From Basidioascus undulatus (taxonomy: Eukaryota): a DNA stretch of 39,414 nt. The stretch lies in NCBI GenBank assembly GCA_000826855.1, contig JTLS01000357.1, positions 1 through 39,414 on the forward strand, written 5' to 3'. The notes below the pieces were generated by a model. It was given only the letters and a program-made list of their open reading frames with translations, did not search any database and was not told the origin of the DNA. How positions within the stretch are numbered: position 1 is the first letter of the stretch; every line of letters begins with the position of its first letter. A program made the translations under genes and the position numbers. Of the stretch, positions 1 to 11,980 are shown piece after piece.

Positions 1-37
1 AATCAGGGGGTTGCAGGTTCGATCCCTGCGTCGGTCA
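1..37 (+). tRNA. 3' half of tRNA-Arg(ACG): anticodon 3' stem, variable loop, T arm, acceptor 3' strand, discriminator A
   Basis: A2 (position 38), TCAGG 3-7, GGGTT 8-12, GCAGG-TTCGATC-CCTGC T arm 13-29 (B-box), GTCGGTC 30-36, A37. Upstream part lies outside the window. Confidence 0.9.
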
Positions 38-38
38 T

Positions 39-74
39 GGCCGGCTGGCTCAATGGTAGAGTATCTGACTACGA
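39..74 (+). tRNA. 5' half of tRNA-Arg(ACG) up to position 37, with no downstream 3' half
   Basis: GGCCGGC 39-45, TG, D arm GCTC-AATGGTA-GAGT 48-62 (A-box), TCTGA 64-68, CT-ACG-A 69-74. GGCCGGC pairs with GTCGGTC (30-36) and TCTGA pairs with TCAGG (3-7). Confidence 0.88.
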
Positions 75-75
75 C

Positions 76-80
76 TTTTT
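76..80 (+). terminator. Possible RNA polymerase III terminator (T5); second T5 at 116-120
   Basis: TTTTT just after the tRNA 5' half. It could instead lie inside an intron remnant. Confidence 0.4.
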
Positions 81-354
81 GGTTCTCGTGCATGAACTCT
101 ATTGCCTCAAAACCCTTTTTAATGCGCTGATATGGACCTAGCCATCCGCCGGGTCTTCCGAGCAAGCTAGTTACGAGTCGTGTGGAGGATTCACACCGCT
201 TCACGCGACCTACCCGATAACGCTACGCAACTCTCGAACTGACGTCGACCACTCGCCTCTACTCTTGTTCACTTAACTTGTTCTTCGCTTCAACTGACCT
301 TCGAGACTCCTGCTCTCTTGATCCTATGTTCTCAACCGCCTCGAGTCGGTAGCC

Positions 355-1963
355 ATGCCCGATCGCGAGGCCCTCACGCTCGATCTGCACACACGCGTGT
401 ACTTCCCGGGAGACACAGTCTCCGGCGAGGTATTGCTCGATCTATCGCTCGCTCAGAGGGATCACATCCAGGAGGTGTTTGTTATTCTCATGGGTACTTT
501 ACGAATGTGCGTCCCAGTTTCCCTTGCGTGAGACCCCGACCTGCTTTGACCTGCTCTGCGCTGCCGTCAGACAAATCGGCCCACGCCGTACCGCCGCCCG
601 GCCACCGCCGGTGGGTCCTGGTCCGACCGTCGTAGCAAGGGACGACCAAAGTATAGTCCTATGCCATGCGCGTTCCTCGCTCTGGACGATCGGCTCGGCG
701 TACCCTCCCCCAGGCTCCCACCTCCTTCCTCTCCGCTTCGCCCTCGCGCTGCCGGCGCGTCCCGAGCCCCTTCCCAGCTTCGCCGCCCCCACGGGCGCGT
801 CGCAGGGCGGCTACGAGTGCGCCGTGCGGTACTGGCTCGCGGTCATCGGGCGCCGGCGCCACGCGGGAGCGAAGGTCAAGTTGCTATTTGAGGGGGATAG
901 GAAGATCGTCCGGCCGCTGCCGGTTGTGCGGAGAGATCGGGAGGGCGCCGAGATCAAGGCGCTTCTGGGTGCGAGTGGTGGGATTTGGGAGGGCGAGTGG
1001 GGGATGAGGAGCGAGAGTAAGAAGGTCAGGAGGGGTCTGTGGGGCGGGCATGGGATTGCGAGCGCCGAGGTGCGTTTTCGGTCTCGTTCTTCCGATCATA
1101 CAAAGAAAGCTGAATGTTTTTTTACTTTCCGCGAGACAGATCCGAATACCCAACATTTCCTCCTTCCCAATCGCCACGCGCATCCCCTACGCCATCCACG
1201 TCCGCACCTATTCCAAGCCTCTCACTTTACGCACGCCCTCCGCGCCACCAGCGCTCTTCCCCCCCGCACCAACAGCGCCCTCCTCCCTCGCGCTGTACCT
1301 GATCCAGCGCGTAAACCTGAGCGCTTACGGCATGCGGCACGAATTCGAGGACCGGCTCGGCGCGCTCGGCGCGCTGGGGCCCGCAGCCTCTACCGATGCC
1401 GAGGGCCACCAGGGGGATGACGATGACATGCGGATTGATGTAGGCGAGTGGACGTGGGATGAGGGCCCGTGTGAGAGGGGACGGGGGAGGTGGAGGAGAG
1501 ACGTGAGGTTCGAGGGCGCGTTCGTGCTCAAGTGCACGCCCACGTTCAGCCATGTCAACGTGGATGTGAAGGTGAGTGTGCATGCGAACAGGCAGCGAGA
1601 GGGATGGCTGACGTTGGAATGGATTTCTCAGCACTTCCTCGACCTCCACGTTCCCTTCCCCGGCGTTGGCAACTCGCTTGACGTCCGCGTCCCGCTGAAC
1701 ATCACCTCCGGCATGGCCGGCACCCCGCGGACGGGCGTAACTGCGCAGGAAGTCGAGGCATTGCCGTGGGTTCTTCACTTACGTCTCGTAAGAGTATGAA
1801 AGGCTAATAGTTGGGGCGAGCGAGCAGGTTGTACGAAGCGGCAGTCCCGCCCGGGCAGGTGCAGGTTCAGACGCCGTTAGCGGATGGGAGTGGAGACCCG
1901 CTTCGGGGACGGCGGGGTGGGCGGACAGAGGACGCGGTCCAGAGCGCTGTACAGGTCACGTAG
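355..1963 (+). CDS. Alpha-arrestin (arrestin-N/C-like adaptor), 4 exons: 355-506, 571-1069, 1140-1765, 1828-1963
   Basis: N-terminal VYFPGDTVSGEVLLDL, internal LPSF...VRYWL, CTPTF, and a C-terminal LPLY (L/PPxY) motif formed across intron 3. GT..AG introns keep the frame open to TAG at 1961-1963. Confidence 0.78.
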
Positions 1964-2179
1964 GCGGCGAGTCATGCATGATCACTCTGTGAAGTCTGGC
2001 AGCCAGACAGCCTTTTTCGGTCGGTATCGTACTCCCCCGGCCAGCGACGAAGGGCTGTGTATCTCTTTCACTTTCCGCTGCACTTTCAATTCGTGTCTGC
2101 TTAGAAATGGTTGAATAGTAGCAGTCGATGTATACAGTACGAGATCATCTATCCTTCCCCCCTTGTTCCTTCCTTCGCA

Positions 2180-3100
2180 CTAGAGCTGCGTGGACCTCAG
2201 GACCCCCAATTCACGCAGCACACGCACTGGCCCGAACTGGTACGCATCGGTCCTCCCAGAACTCCATGTACGGGTTCTCGCTGGAGTTTCTCGCGCCACT
2301 ATAGAATCTGACGCGGCTGTGCTCGTCGCGCCAGACCTCCGCGTCCTCGCACACGGCTTCCTACCGCCTGTGTCCAAATTCGGGGCAGTTTGTGGCGCTG
2401 AAGGCGGGATCCAAAGCATGCGGCGATTAAGGTTGCGAGCGAGCGCAGGATAAGACCGTTAGCAAATCCCCAGGCGCTGTCCAAGCAGCGCTCGACGTAC
2501 AACTTCTGAACGACCTCCGCAAAGTCCGCAACCGTCACTCCGTCCTCATTCTCCACCGTCACCGTCGTCTCGAACTCGCTTCGAGGCAGGTGCGGCGCAT
2601 TGACGTCGAGCGTCAGGCGCGTGACGGGCGGCGCACTCGCGAAGCTGAAGAGCGTGTCCGGGGAAGGCGCGGAGCGGGACCTGGCCGTCTTGGGACGAGG
2701 GATGACGTCCCACGGATCGACGTCCTCGTCGAGACGGGGGAAGCGGAGAGGTACCGGTGCATGACGAGCACGAGGTCGGAGTTCGCGACCTCGAGCGGAG
2801 ACAAGCGCACGAGGGCGACGGAGAACGCGAATATTAAGCATGAGACCGTAGATGGCCAACTGCGTCAGTAGCAGTTTAACGATCGCGAACGGACGAATGC
2901 CGGATGGATACTAGGACGCACGAGCAATCCATTCAAGCCAGTCGTGTCGAACATGTTATCCGGGATGAGCGCATCTGGATCACCTTCGTGAGGGCGGTCC
3001 TTCCCTCCAAGGGCCTTTCCTTCAAAGCCTTACAGCCGGCGGCGTCGTGCCCACGTCGCCGTTCCACGTCTTCGCCTTCGCCAGCAGGCTCGCGAGAGCG
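2180..3100 (-). pseudogene. Hypothetical protein remnant with a C-terminal segment like basidiomycete F-box-associated proteins; structure unresolved, probably degraded
   Basis: ASAPPVTRLTL...TVTVENEDGVTVADFAEVVQKL followed by a GTACGT donor. No clean spliced frame could be built up- or downstream. Confidence 0.35.
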
Positions 3101-4599
3101 CGCCAGCTAACCCAACCCACAATTCGACCCCAGCAGTACCGGCCCTCAACGTGTCACACAACGCCCACAGAACCGCAATGACCCCGTCAGTCGGACTCTG
3201 AGTACGAGTTGAGCAGCGATCGAGAGGTTGAGGCGAGGACGACGTGCGTGGGCAGGTCTCGCTCGTGAATCCAGGTTTTGATGAGGGTTGCAGCTCAGGT
3301 GGAGCGTGTTCAGATTGGGCATGAGAGCATGAAAGATGTGGAGAGTTCGGACTGGCAGTGCCGCAGCGAGCTTCTGCGAAGAACAGATCGAGGATGGAGG
3401 AATAAGGATGACGAGGAAGGATGGAAGGGAAAATGGATTGCCCTCAACCTGCGGCTGGGCAACGTCGTTTAGTCATGGTAGTGACCGCGTGTGCTTGTGC
3501 TTGTATACCCACCTATATCAACAACCAGATTGAGATACCACAAAAGCCTGAGGATTGAAGACTTCTCCACCCGTATTCCCCAGCGTAAGGTTGCCAGAGA
3601 TCCGTGAGGTTCCCTCAAGACCCGAAAATCCAACTGTCAATTTTAAACTGTCCCTCTCAGAAAGCTTGCGTTCAGGTCAACTGTTCCTGAACCCCTTTAT
3701 TCGATTTATTGATGTATTTTAGATAGTAGGCTCCAAAGTACCAAGTCAACAAACAAGAAAGGTGAACTTTGGTTCCTTCCTTTGGGTCCGACTCGGACTG
3801 CGTTTCGAGCTGTCGTGTGCCTCGTGGGCTGCTGAGTAGTCTTGAAAGCTTGTAGAGCACAGAGATTGGTATTTGTTTCTTCCTACTGATCCAAGGACGT
3901 CGCATTCTCTTGCTCCCGAGAAGAGGGGTCTGTCTCGAACGAGGCCCCTGTACCTTGCCGCTATACAACTGCTCACGTTTTATCCCAGTTTCAGCGACAT
4001 CATGCCCTCTGCTCATTGAAAGCAAATAGCAGGGCCGCGAGAAATTTGAGCGATAAGTTAGTAAACAGTCGGTGCAACTTCAAAATCCAATAATATACGG
4101 AACTACAATCAGAAATGAGGGAAGATGGAACTATGATCGGTTGCCGTAAAGGATCGCTCGTCGCAGGTCATACAACATCATGTCTGTCCCATCGATGCCG
4201 CCTCAGTAGTTTGCACTTCTAGTAACCCACAGCATGTCAGCATCGAGTCGACCCGCACAGCAGCAGGGAGGTGGAATGCATTGTGTAAGAAGGGCAGGGG
4301 CATGGAATCCGTGAGGAACTCACCCGTCCAACATCCACTTTTCCTGGCCCAGCATGAGCGTACACCATTCGTTGATGCGCGGAGCGCATCGGCTTCGGCA
4401 CGCGACAGAGGCACGTCGTCCGGGACGGGATCGAGTATCGCAAAGCGCGCCGCCTAAAGTCAGAATAAGGCTGTCAGCAAGTTTTTTGAATATCCTGGGG
4501 ATAATGAGGCGAGCAGAGAGAATGAAGAGTGAATGCACGTTGTCCAACTGCCAGAGCCGGTTAAGGAAGAAGCCCGGTCGCTGCGTCGACTCTTTCGCA

Positions 4600-5165
4600 T
4601 CGGCGCCGCGAAGGAACCATTACATCTATTCGTTCATGAGAATATGGTATGTTAGCCACGGACACTGAGAAGGCGGATCGGCTAGAGGGCGCACTTGACT
4701 GCCGGCAACGGCTGCGATGGTACAGAGACAACGTCGAACATGATGCGCTGACAGAACGATCTCTGGACAGAGGTTTTCCTGAGAAGGGAAACGACACTCA
4801 CGGTAGTGTCCCGACACCCAGCTTATGCTTGACCGCGGGAAGGCCATCTTGGTGTTGATGATCGACTCTCGTACCCGCGCACGGTACTGTTGAGGCCCCG
4901 CTCTTGCCGTAATTGAAGCAGTGATTGTCGGTGCTGCTGTCAACTTCGGCACAGAAAACTCGTCGCCCCATCGGCCACTGGAAGATTAAAAACATCTCCG
5001 TCAGGTTTGAAAAGCTTCAAAACTACGAATGCAGCCTAATAATTCGGGTGCGGTGGTGCTGTCTCCCGTGAGAATGAAAGTGACAGGGCGCTTGTCGATC
5101 GGCTGGCTGAACACAGCAGTAGAGAAAATGAGGGAAAAGCAAGCGACCGAACTAAAGGTAATCAT
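4600..5165 (-). pseudogene. Secreted SGNH/GDSL esterase (rhamnogalacturonan acetylesterase-like) pseudogene
   Basis: Signal-peptide-like MITFSSVACFSLIFSTAVFS, block I FILTGDSTTA and block II CFNYGKSGAST. The W-G-D-x-F-C segment near 4950-4970 is frameshifted and later blocks are not recoverable. Left end is approximate. Confidence 0.65.
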
Positions 5166-6156
5166 CGTTGGAGTAGGGAGATTTGTGCCGGGACAGGTAC
5201 GCTCACTCACATTTTAAAGTCCTAGCCTGGCCCTCCCTGTCTAGAGCAGCTGGCACATCCGTCCCGCCGTACAACCCGTGAACGAGGATCCTGATGAGCA
5301 CTCAGCATGACTTTGACCATCTGATTATAGAGAGACTTGTATTCCAAGAACTCAGGCGTCGTAAAGATGAGCCGACAGCAAGAACATGGGAGTCGTCCTC
5401 GTGCTGTCGCTCTCCGACCGCGGTCAGCCGCTCGCTTAGGAAATGCCTCAGAAGCCGTGCAGGGCCTCCGTTTATACTCGATTGATAAGCATAATTACTA
5501 TTATAATATTGAGCTTGGATTAGTGTTGTAGAATGCCAGCGGTAGCCAAATCAACATGGGAGTGAAACTCACCCAGCACCCATGGCGGTCCAATTGACAG
5601 CGACTGTCGTCCGTTTCAACCCGATATTCAACTCGCTGCTGTAAAGACTCAATCAACACTAAACCCAATGCATCATTTCAACAATTTTTGGAGTGTTCCT
5701 CTTCATCATTTTGCGCTTGAAAGTAGTGCCAATCAATTGACTGTCTACTGCAAGCCCACACTCGCATCGTGAGAACTTTGCGCAACGTCCGAGATTGGTC
5801 GAGCAGTTCCAATAGTGAGAGCTGTGAGGCCTGCGAGGCCAGAGATTTAAATACCTTCTCTCTATAGGAAGGTCTGTGTAAGGATGTGGCCGGGAGTACT
5901 TCAGGTCCCAGGGGGGAAATAAATGTCGGAAGAAGACTCCAAGACCGTTGCATGAGCGCCAGTTGCAATGTTTGTCTGCGCAATGGACGGCGCTGGATTG
6001 TATATCCAAGAACGTTCTAATGGGTTTACACCAGGGAACACACGCAGCCGCTGCGACAGAGTTTTGCTGGTTGCCGACTGAACGCCCGCACTCTCTCCAT
6101 TGCCATTCTCTGCCTCCCTCTACCGTGTTGTTTTCGCGTCTAGTATCCTCTCCGCA

Positions 6157-7030
6157 ATGCTCATCCCAACACCTGAGCAGGACACCATGACTTACGTATC
6201 AAATAACCCCTCCTTCTCCCGCATTCTTAGGGTCTGCGCGAGCTGCGGCATGCCGAGCCGAACGGGCAGAAACACCGAGTCTGCGGTCAATGCAGAGAAG
6301 GTGCGGTTCGTACGACATTCTTACCGACTGAGTCTCATACTTACTCGCACTGGATACTTTTCAGTCTTCTACTGCTCCAAGAGTGCCAGAAGCTTCATTG
6401 GCCGCAGTAAAGGGCGCCTGCCGCCATAATTCCACGCTCTGCAACCTCCTCGCCGGCTCGAGCTTCCCCGCCCCCGGCTCGCTTTACGAGTCGCTCTGCC
6501 AGCGCGATGGAAGCAGACAAGTTCTCCTCTCTTCCTTTGATGCAAGCGCTTCAGCAATGGTATTTCGTCCACTTCACCAGCGTCGAGGCAGCGCTGTTCT
6601 TCGCCTGCGGCTGTACAAGGACGGCTCGACCTGCACGCGCCAAGCGCTGCGCCTCAGCGTCCGACTGCTCAGCCTCACTCCTCCTCGCCTCGAGCTCGAA
6701 AAATACGAGGTCCTCCCGCTGGAAGAGGCGAAGGAGGAGGTGCGTCGCTGGACGGGGCAGACGCGGTGCAGGACTTGGAGGAGATCCACAAGAGCAGTGA
6801 GCGCGCGCCCTTGACGCCATGTTTCCCTCGAGGCTGACACTGATTCGAAAGTGGAATTCCTTTCATAGAGCTAGAGAAGGGTTTGCAAGGCGCCGCGCTG
6901 GTTCTTCTGGAAGCTGAGCCTGCGTTCCTACGCATCCCGGTCGAAGTGCCGAGCCAGGCCACGTTTGACCGTCGACCAGTGCCCGCGGAAAGTGAGGGGG
7001 ATTGGTATACTGTTGTGCGATCGGTAGTGA
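6157..7030 (+). pseudogene. MYND zinc-finger protein pseudogene
   Basis: Pieces CASCG / HRVCGQCRE|VFYCSK / ECQKLHWPQ / KGAC fall in different frames (indels near 6250, 6380, 6410; TAA at 6408-6410). End is approximate. Confidence 0.75.
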
Positions 7031-7154
7031 GGATGAAGCAAGGTTGAACAGCCTTCCGTTCGTGAGTGCAGAACACCGCCTCCTGTTCAATGCCTTGCCC
7101 TATCGTCGACAGTGGTACAGGCACTGCTTCGATGCTTGAGCAAGTCGACCGCTA

Positions 7155-8480
<1,326 letters not shown>

Positions 8481-8668
8481 GGCTAAGTGCGGAGAGTAGA
8501 GAAGAGAGGAGAGAAGTCAGTTGCCGAAGGAAGACGGGCGGGGCTCGGCAGTGGGCGAAGGCGCGGCGGGATGGGGTCGAGGTGAGTCGGGGGGAACGGG
8601 GGATAATGTGCAATTATCGTTGGAATGGTATGGTCGCTGTTGTGGATGGTGCGGGCGGCAATACTCAC

Positions 8669-8841
8669 TGGACTGTCTTGAGGTTCACGACGAAAGACCG
8701 GACGCACTGGTCGTTGGTTTGGTTGACCTGCGCAAATCCGCTCGCGAGCGACGTTACGGTTACTGCTCTGGCTGCCCTGCGGAAAAGCCTGCCCTCGTCC
8801 CAACTTCGTCGGATTCTCTCAACCACGAGTCGTCGATTCTT
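8669..8841. promoter_or_regulatory. Shared bidirectional promoter and first non-coding exons of RPS15 and RPP2
   Basis: Lies between the predicted 5'UTR intron donors of the two divergent genes. Contains the perfect palindrome CGCTCGCGAGCG (8739-8750). Confidence 0.55.
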
Positions 8842-8989
8842 GCAAGTCCCCTCCCTCACAGCCTATATAATTCTCACAGCGCAGGATGATGCTGACCGGC
8901 GACCCCAACGTCTCCAGCGATTAAAGCTCTCGTAGCAGATTCGCGGACTTTCCCTTCGTCAAGCCAGCAAAAGTTGGTCTTCTTTTCCT

Positions 8990-9018
8990 CTCGCCCTCGC
9001 CCTCGCCCTCGCCCTCGC
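8990..9018 (+). repeat. (CTCGCC)n hexanucleotide microsatellite, about 5 units, in an RPP2 5'UTR intron
   Basis: ctcgccctcgccctcgccctcgccctcgc read directly. Confidence 0.85.
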
Positions 9019-9048
9019 TCTGACTGGGACTGCTGTGTTTCCCTCCAG

Positions 9049-9521
9049 ATGAAGCACGTCGCGGCCTACCTCCTCCTCACCATCGGTGGCAACACCTCCC
9101 CCTCCGTCGCCGACGTCAAGTCTCTCCTCGAGACTGTCGGCATCGAGGCTGACGAGGAGCGCCTCTCCAAGCTCGTCTCTGAGCTTGAGGGCAAGGACAT
9201 CAACGAGGTTCGTTTATCTCTTCCACCCCGGGACCTCAGACGGCGCTCATTAGGCTTTCCGCTTTTCCCGCAACAGGTCATCGCTGCCGGTACCGAGAAG
9301 CTCGCGTCCGTTCCCTCCGGCGGTGCCGTCGCTGCTGGCGGTGCGGCTGCCGCCGCTGGCGGTGCCGCCCCGGCCGCTGAGGAGAAGAAGGAGGAGAAGG
9401 CTGAGGAGAAGGAGGAGTCTGGTACGTCTGCTGCCTGCTCTGGTAGACTTCACGGGATGAGGGCTTACTTGTGTTGTGCGCTGGAACAGACGACGACATG
9501 GGCTTCGGTCTCTTCGACTAA
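9049..9521 (+). CDS. RPP2: 60S acidic ribosomal protein P2; exons 9049-9207, 9277-9421, 9490-9521
   Basis: [19 protein letters not shown]...[22 protein letters not shown], an Ala-rich hinge, and the canonical C-terminus [13 protein letters not shown]. Confidence 0.97.
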
Positions 9522-11218
9522 GCGTATCACCGTACCCTCCCTCGGCTTCGGCTTTGCTGCTCTTGTATGCTATGGTCCTACCGTCCTATGCATGCATCCG
9601 CAACCTCGCTACGCAACTGCTGCCTGCTTGTCTGCTTGTCTATTCATGAGGCACGCCCTGCCAGTTCACATGAGCAGGGTGATGACGGTGCTTACACACC
9701 ACAGGAAGGCTTCCAAATCACTTCTTACCGAGATGGGCGTCATTGCGTTTCCTCAACTCTCCGGCCTGACAGTCGGTCCCCTTGAGCACACACGCAGCAC
9801 CTGGAGCGTCGCGCTTGTGCATGAATGACTTTTCTGAACAATAATGACCATACCGTATGTACGTTCGAGGATAGGCTGCGCTGCGGCCGTGCGGTGGCGC
9901 CAAACGGCACAGCCGAAAGACAATGTATGAAGGGAGCTTTCGAGGCCCTGTCTGGCACGTTGTCCCCTTCAGTTCGCCTTGATACCCTGACTACTGAGCG
10001 GTTACTGAGGTTACTGAGAAATTTGTTTGCGTAAAGTCGACTGGAGCGTGCACAGGACCCACTAGATAATTGTGCGCAAAGCATGCGTCAACTCTGCAAC
10101 GCGTCGCAGCCAGACCCCGACTACGGACTCGCCCTTTGCGCACGGGTTACCCCCTCTCTACGCCATCCGAACTTCTAAATCTTCTCCCTCCCAGTCCTTT
10201 CTGGGGTACTCTCGAGAGTCGACGGCCTGCATTGAGAGGGTATTGAAGCACCTTGGCGCCATGTAAGTCGCATGCAGTCGCACGGCACGCAATTCGTGAT
10301 TCGGTACCAGAGACCGTAGTCATCAATATTAATGCACAGGACACTTTCAGCCTTCCTAGATCCACTACTTGCCTCCGTGGTAATCGCGACCGCGTGAGTG
10401 CCAAATCGGCGTCGTCGCTGGTAGGCCCGCTTGACTTGCTTGACTGGCCCCGACGCAGTGGCAACAACAGCGTCCTCCCTCGACGCCGCGGGGTCAAAGT
10501 CGTATCGCATTTCTGAACGTGGGCAATCGCCGGATCGTTTCACTGTCTTCCTCCGGACGAAAATTCTTTCCCTCCGCTACCTCAAGCGGAATGCGAGCCT
10601 GTCACCGACTTGCACCTCGCCGCAGAGGAGGTCGCTGCGGTAACAAACTTGGCCGGCGCTGGAATTTGTCGAAAAAGGTGAGCTTATATCAAAGATACCT
10701 TGTTACATAGATGCCCAATCAAGCCTGACCACTTTGGCCGTCAGAGATACGAATCACGACGTTCGTACGAGCCGCCCCTGTGGCCTTGACGACTGCACGC
10801 GTTCCTCCACATGAATTGCTCTAGTCAAATGATCAAAGTTTGGTATTGGTGCTCGTCAGAGAAAACAACTGCTTCGTACGCTCTGTGCAGAGGGTCTAGC
10901 TGCGCCGTGGCAGAATCTTTCCTGTCGGCAATCCAGCGTGCTCATGAAAACTCAAGTGGCCACTTTAACCATGTATTGTGTTACCATCAGAGGAGTCTTC
11001 CTAATTATAGAGTTAAAAAAACACATGATGAAGTGCATATCGACAAACAAGCAAGCCAAGCAAGGCCAACCATTTCACCGTTGCACCCCCGCCTCGGCTC
11101 CGGCGACTGGCGCTTGCGCCGCGCTGACTCGACTTCCCACATGAAGAGCTCGCGCTGTGGCCCTTACCTTGACCAAGCACGTCCGTCTTTCCCAGACATC
11201 CGACTTCATCCAGTTGCC

Positions 11219-11980
11219 ATGTTTGACCTGAAGCGCAGCGCAGCCAACGGGGGAGTCCGCATCCTCGTATTCGGTGCACAAGACCTGGTCTTTCTTCTGT
11301 GTTTAGCCACCGTCGTGTTGACATTGGGGTTGATTCCAGGACACTCTGGCTCGGGGAAGGTGGTTACCGATCCCTTTCCAGTGCCGTAAGAAGCTCTCTT
11401 TAATTATGCGTCAACCCCCAGTCTACGCTCGCTGCGGAGCTTTCGCGAGTCCTCGCGATCCCTTTCATCGAGCTTGATGCGATCCACTGGAACGACGACT
11501 GGGTGGAGAGCTCCCCTGATGTCTTCCGCGACCGGCTTTTGAGTTCAATGGCCGCTGCCGGATCGTCTTGGATCATCGCGGGCAACTATCTTCGCCGCAC
11601 GCCCGATGTCTCCTGGCCATGTGCAACTCACGCGATCTGTATCGATATCCTCGCTCTACAGCATCCCTTGCAGTTCTGACTGATCCGAACCTCAAATAGT
11701 CCTCGACTATCCACTTCCCATCATTTTCTGGCGCATCCTCAAGCGCACGTTCTGGCGCTGGTGGACCCAGGAGCATCTGTGGGGCACAAACTGCACCGAG
11801 CAGCTCAGCGAGACGTTCTCGCGGCGTGGCATCCTGTGGTGGTGCCTCTCGCAACACGCCGACCACAGGAGGCGCATTCGAGCATCTCTGGAGGCGTATG
11901 AAGGCCATATAGAATTGCTGCGCTTTACGAAGACAGTAGATTGCCAGAGGTGGCTTCGGCAGTTGCAGAAGGGCTCATGA
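11219..11980 (+). CDS. P-loop kinase of the FlaR/adenylate-kinase-like family (copy 1, intact, 4 exons)
   Basis: Spliced: MFDLKRSAANGGVRILVFG|HSGSGK|STLAAELSRVLAIPFIELDAIHWNDDW...SWIIAGNY...THAIF|LDYPLPIIFWRILKRTFWRWWTQEHLWGTNCTE...RWLRQLQKGS*. Not visible as one ORF in the ORF track. Confidence 0.85.

Noticed and set aside
3500..6100. Lower-GC stretch suspected of being a transposon
   Set aside because: No transposase, reverse transcriptase or integrase motifs, terminal repeats or target-site duplications recognised. Part is explained by the SGNH pseudogene.
8864..8870. TATATAA as the RPP2 TATA box
   Set aside because: Falls inside the candidate GC-AG 5'UTR intron (8842-8917), so it cannot be assigned without TSS data.
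9679..9769. Possible C/D-box snoRNA (GTGATGA ... CTGA) downstream of RPP2
   Set aside because: No convincing terminal stem or recognisable rRNA-complementary guide. An Rfam/snoscan search would be needed.
9800..11000. Possible third kinase copy or other gene remnant
   Set aside because: No GSGK motif or alignable sequence, and the short ORFs have no recognisable family.
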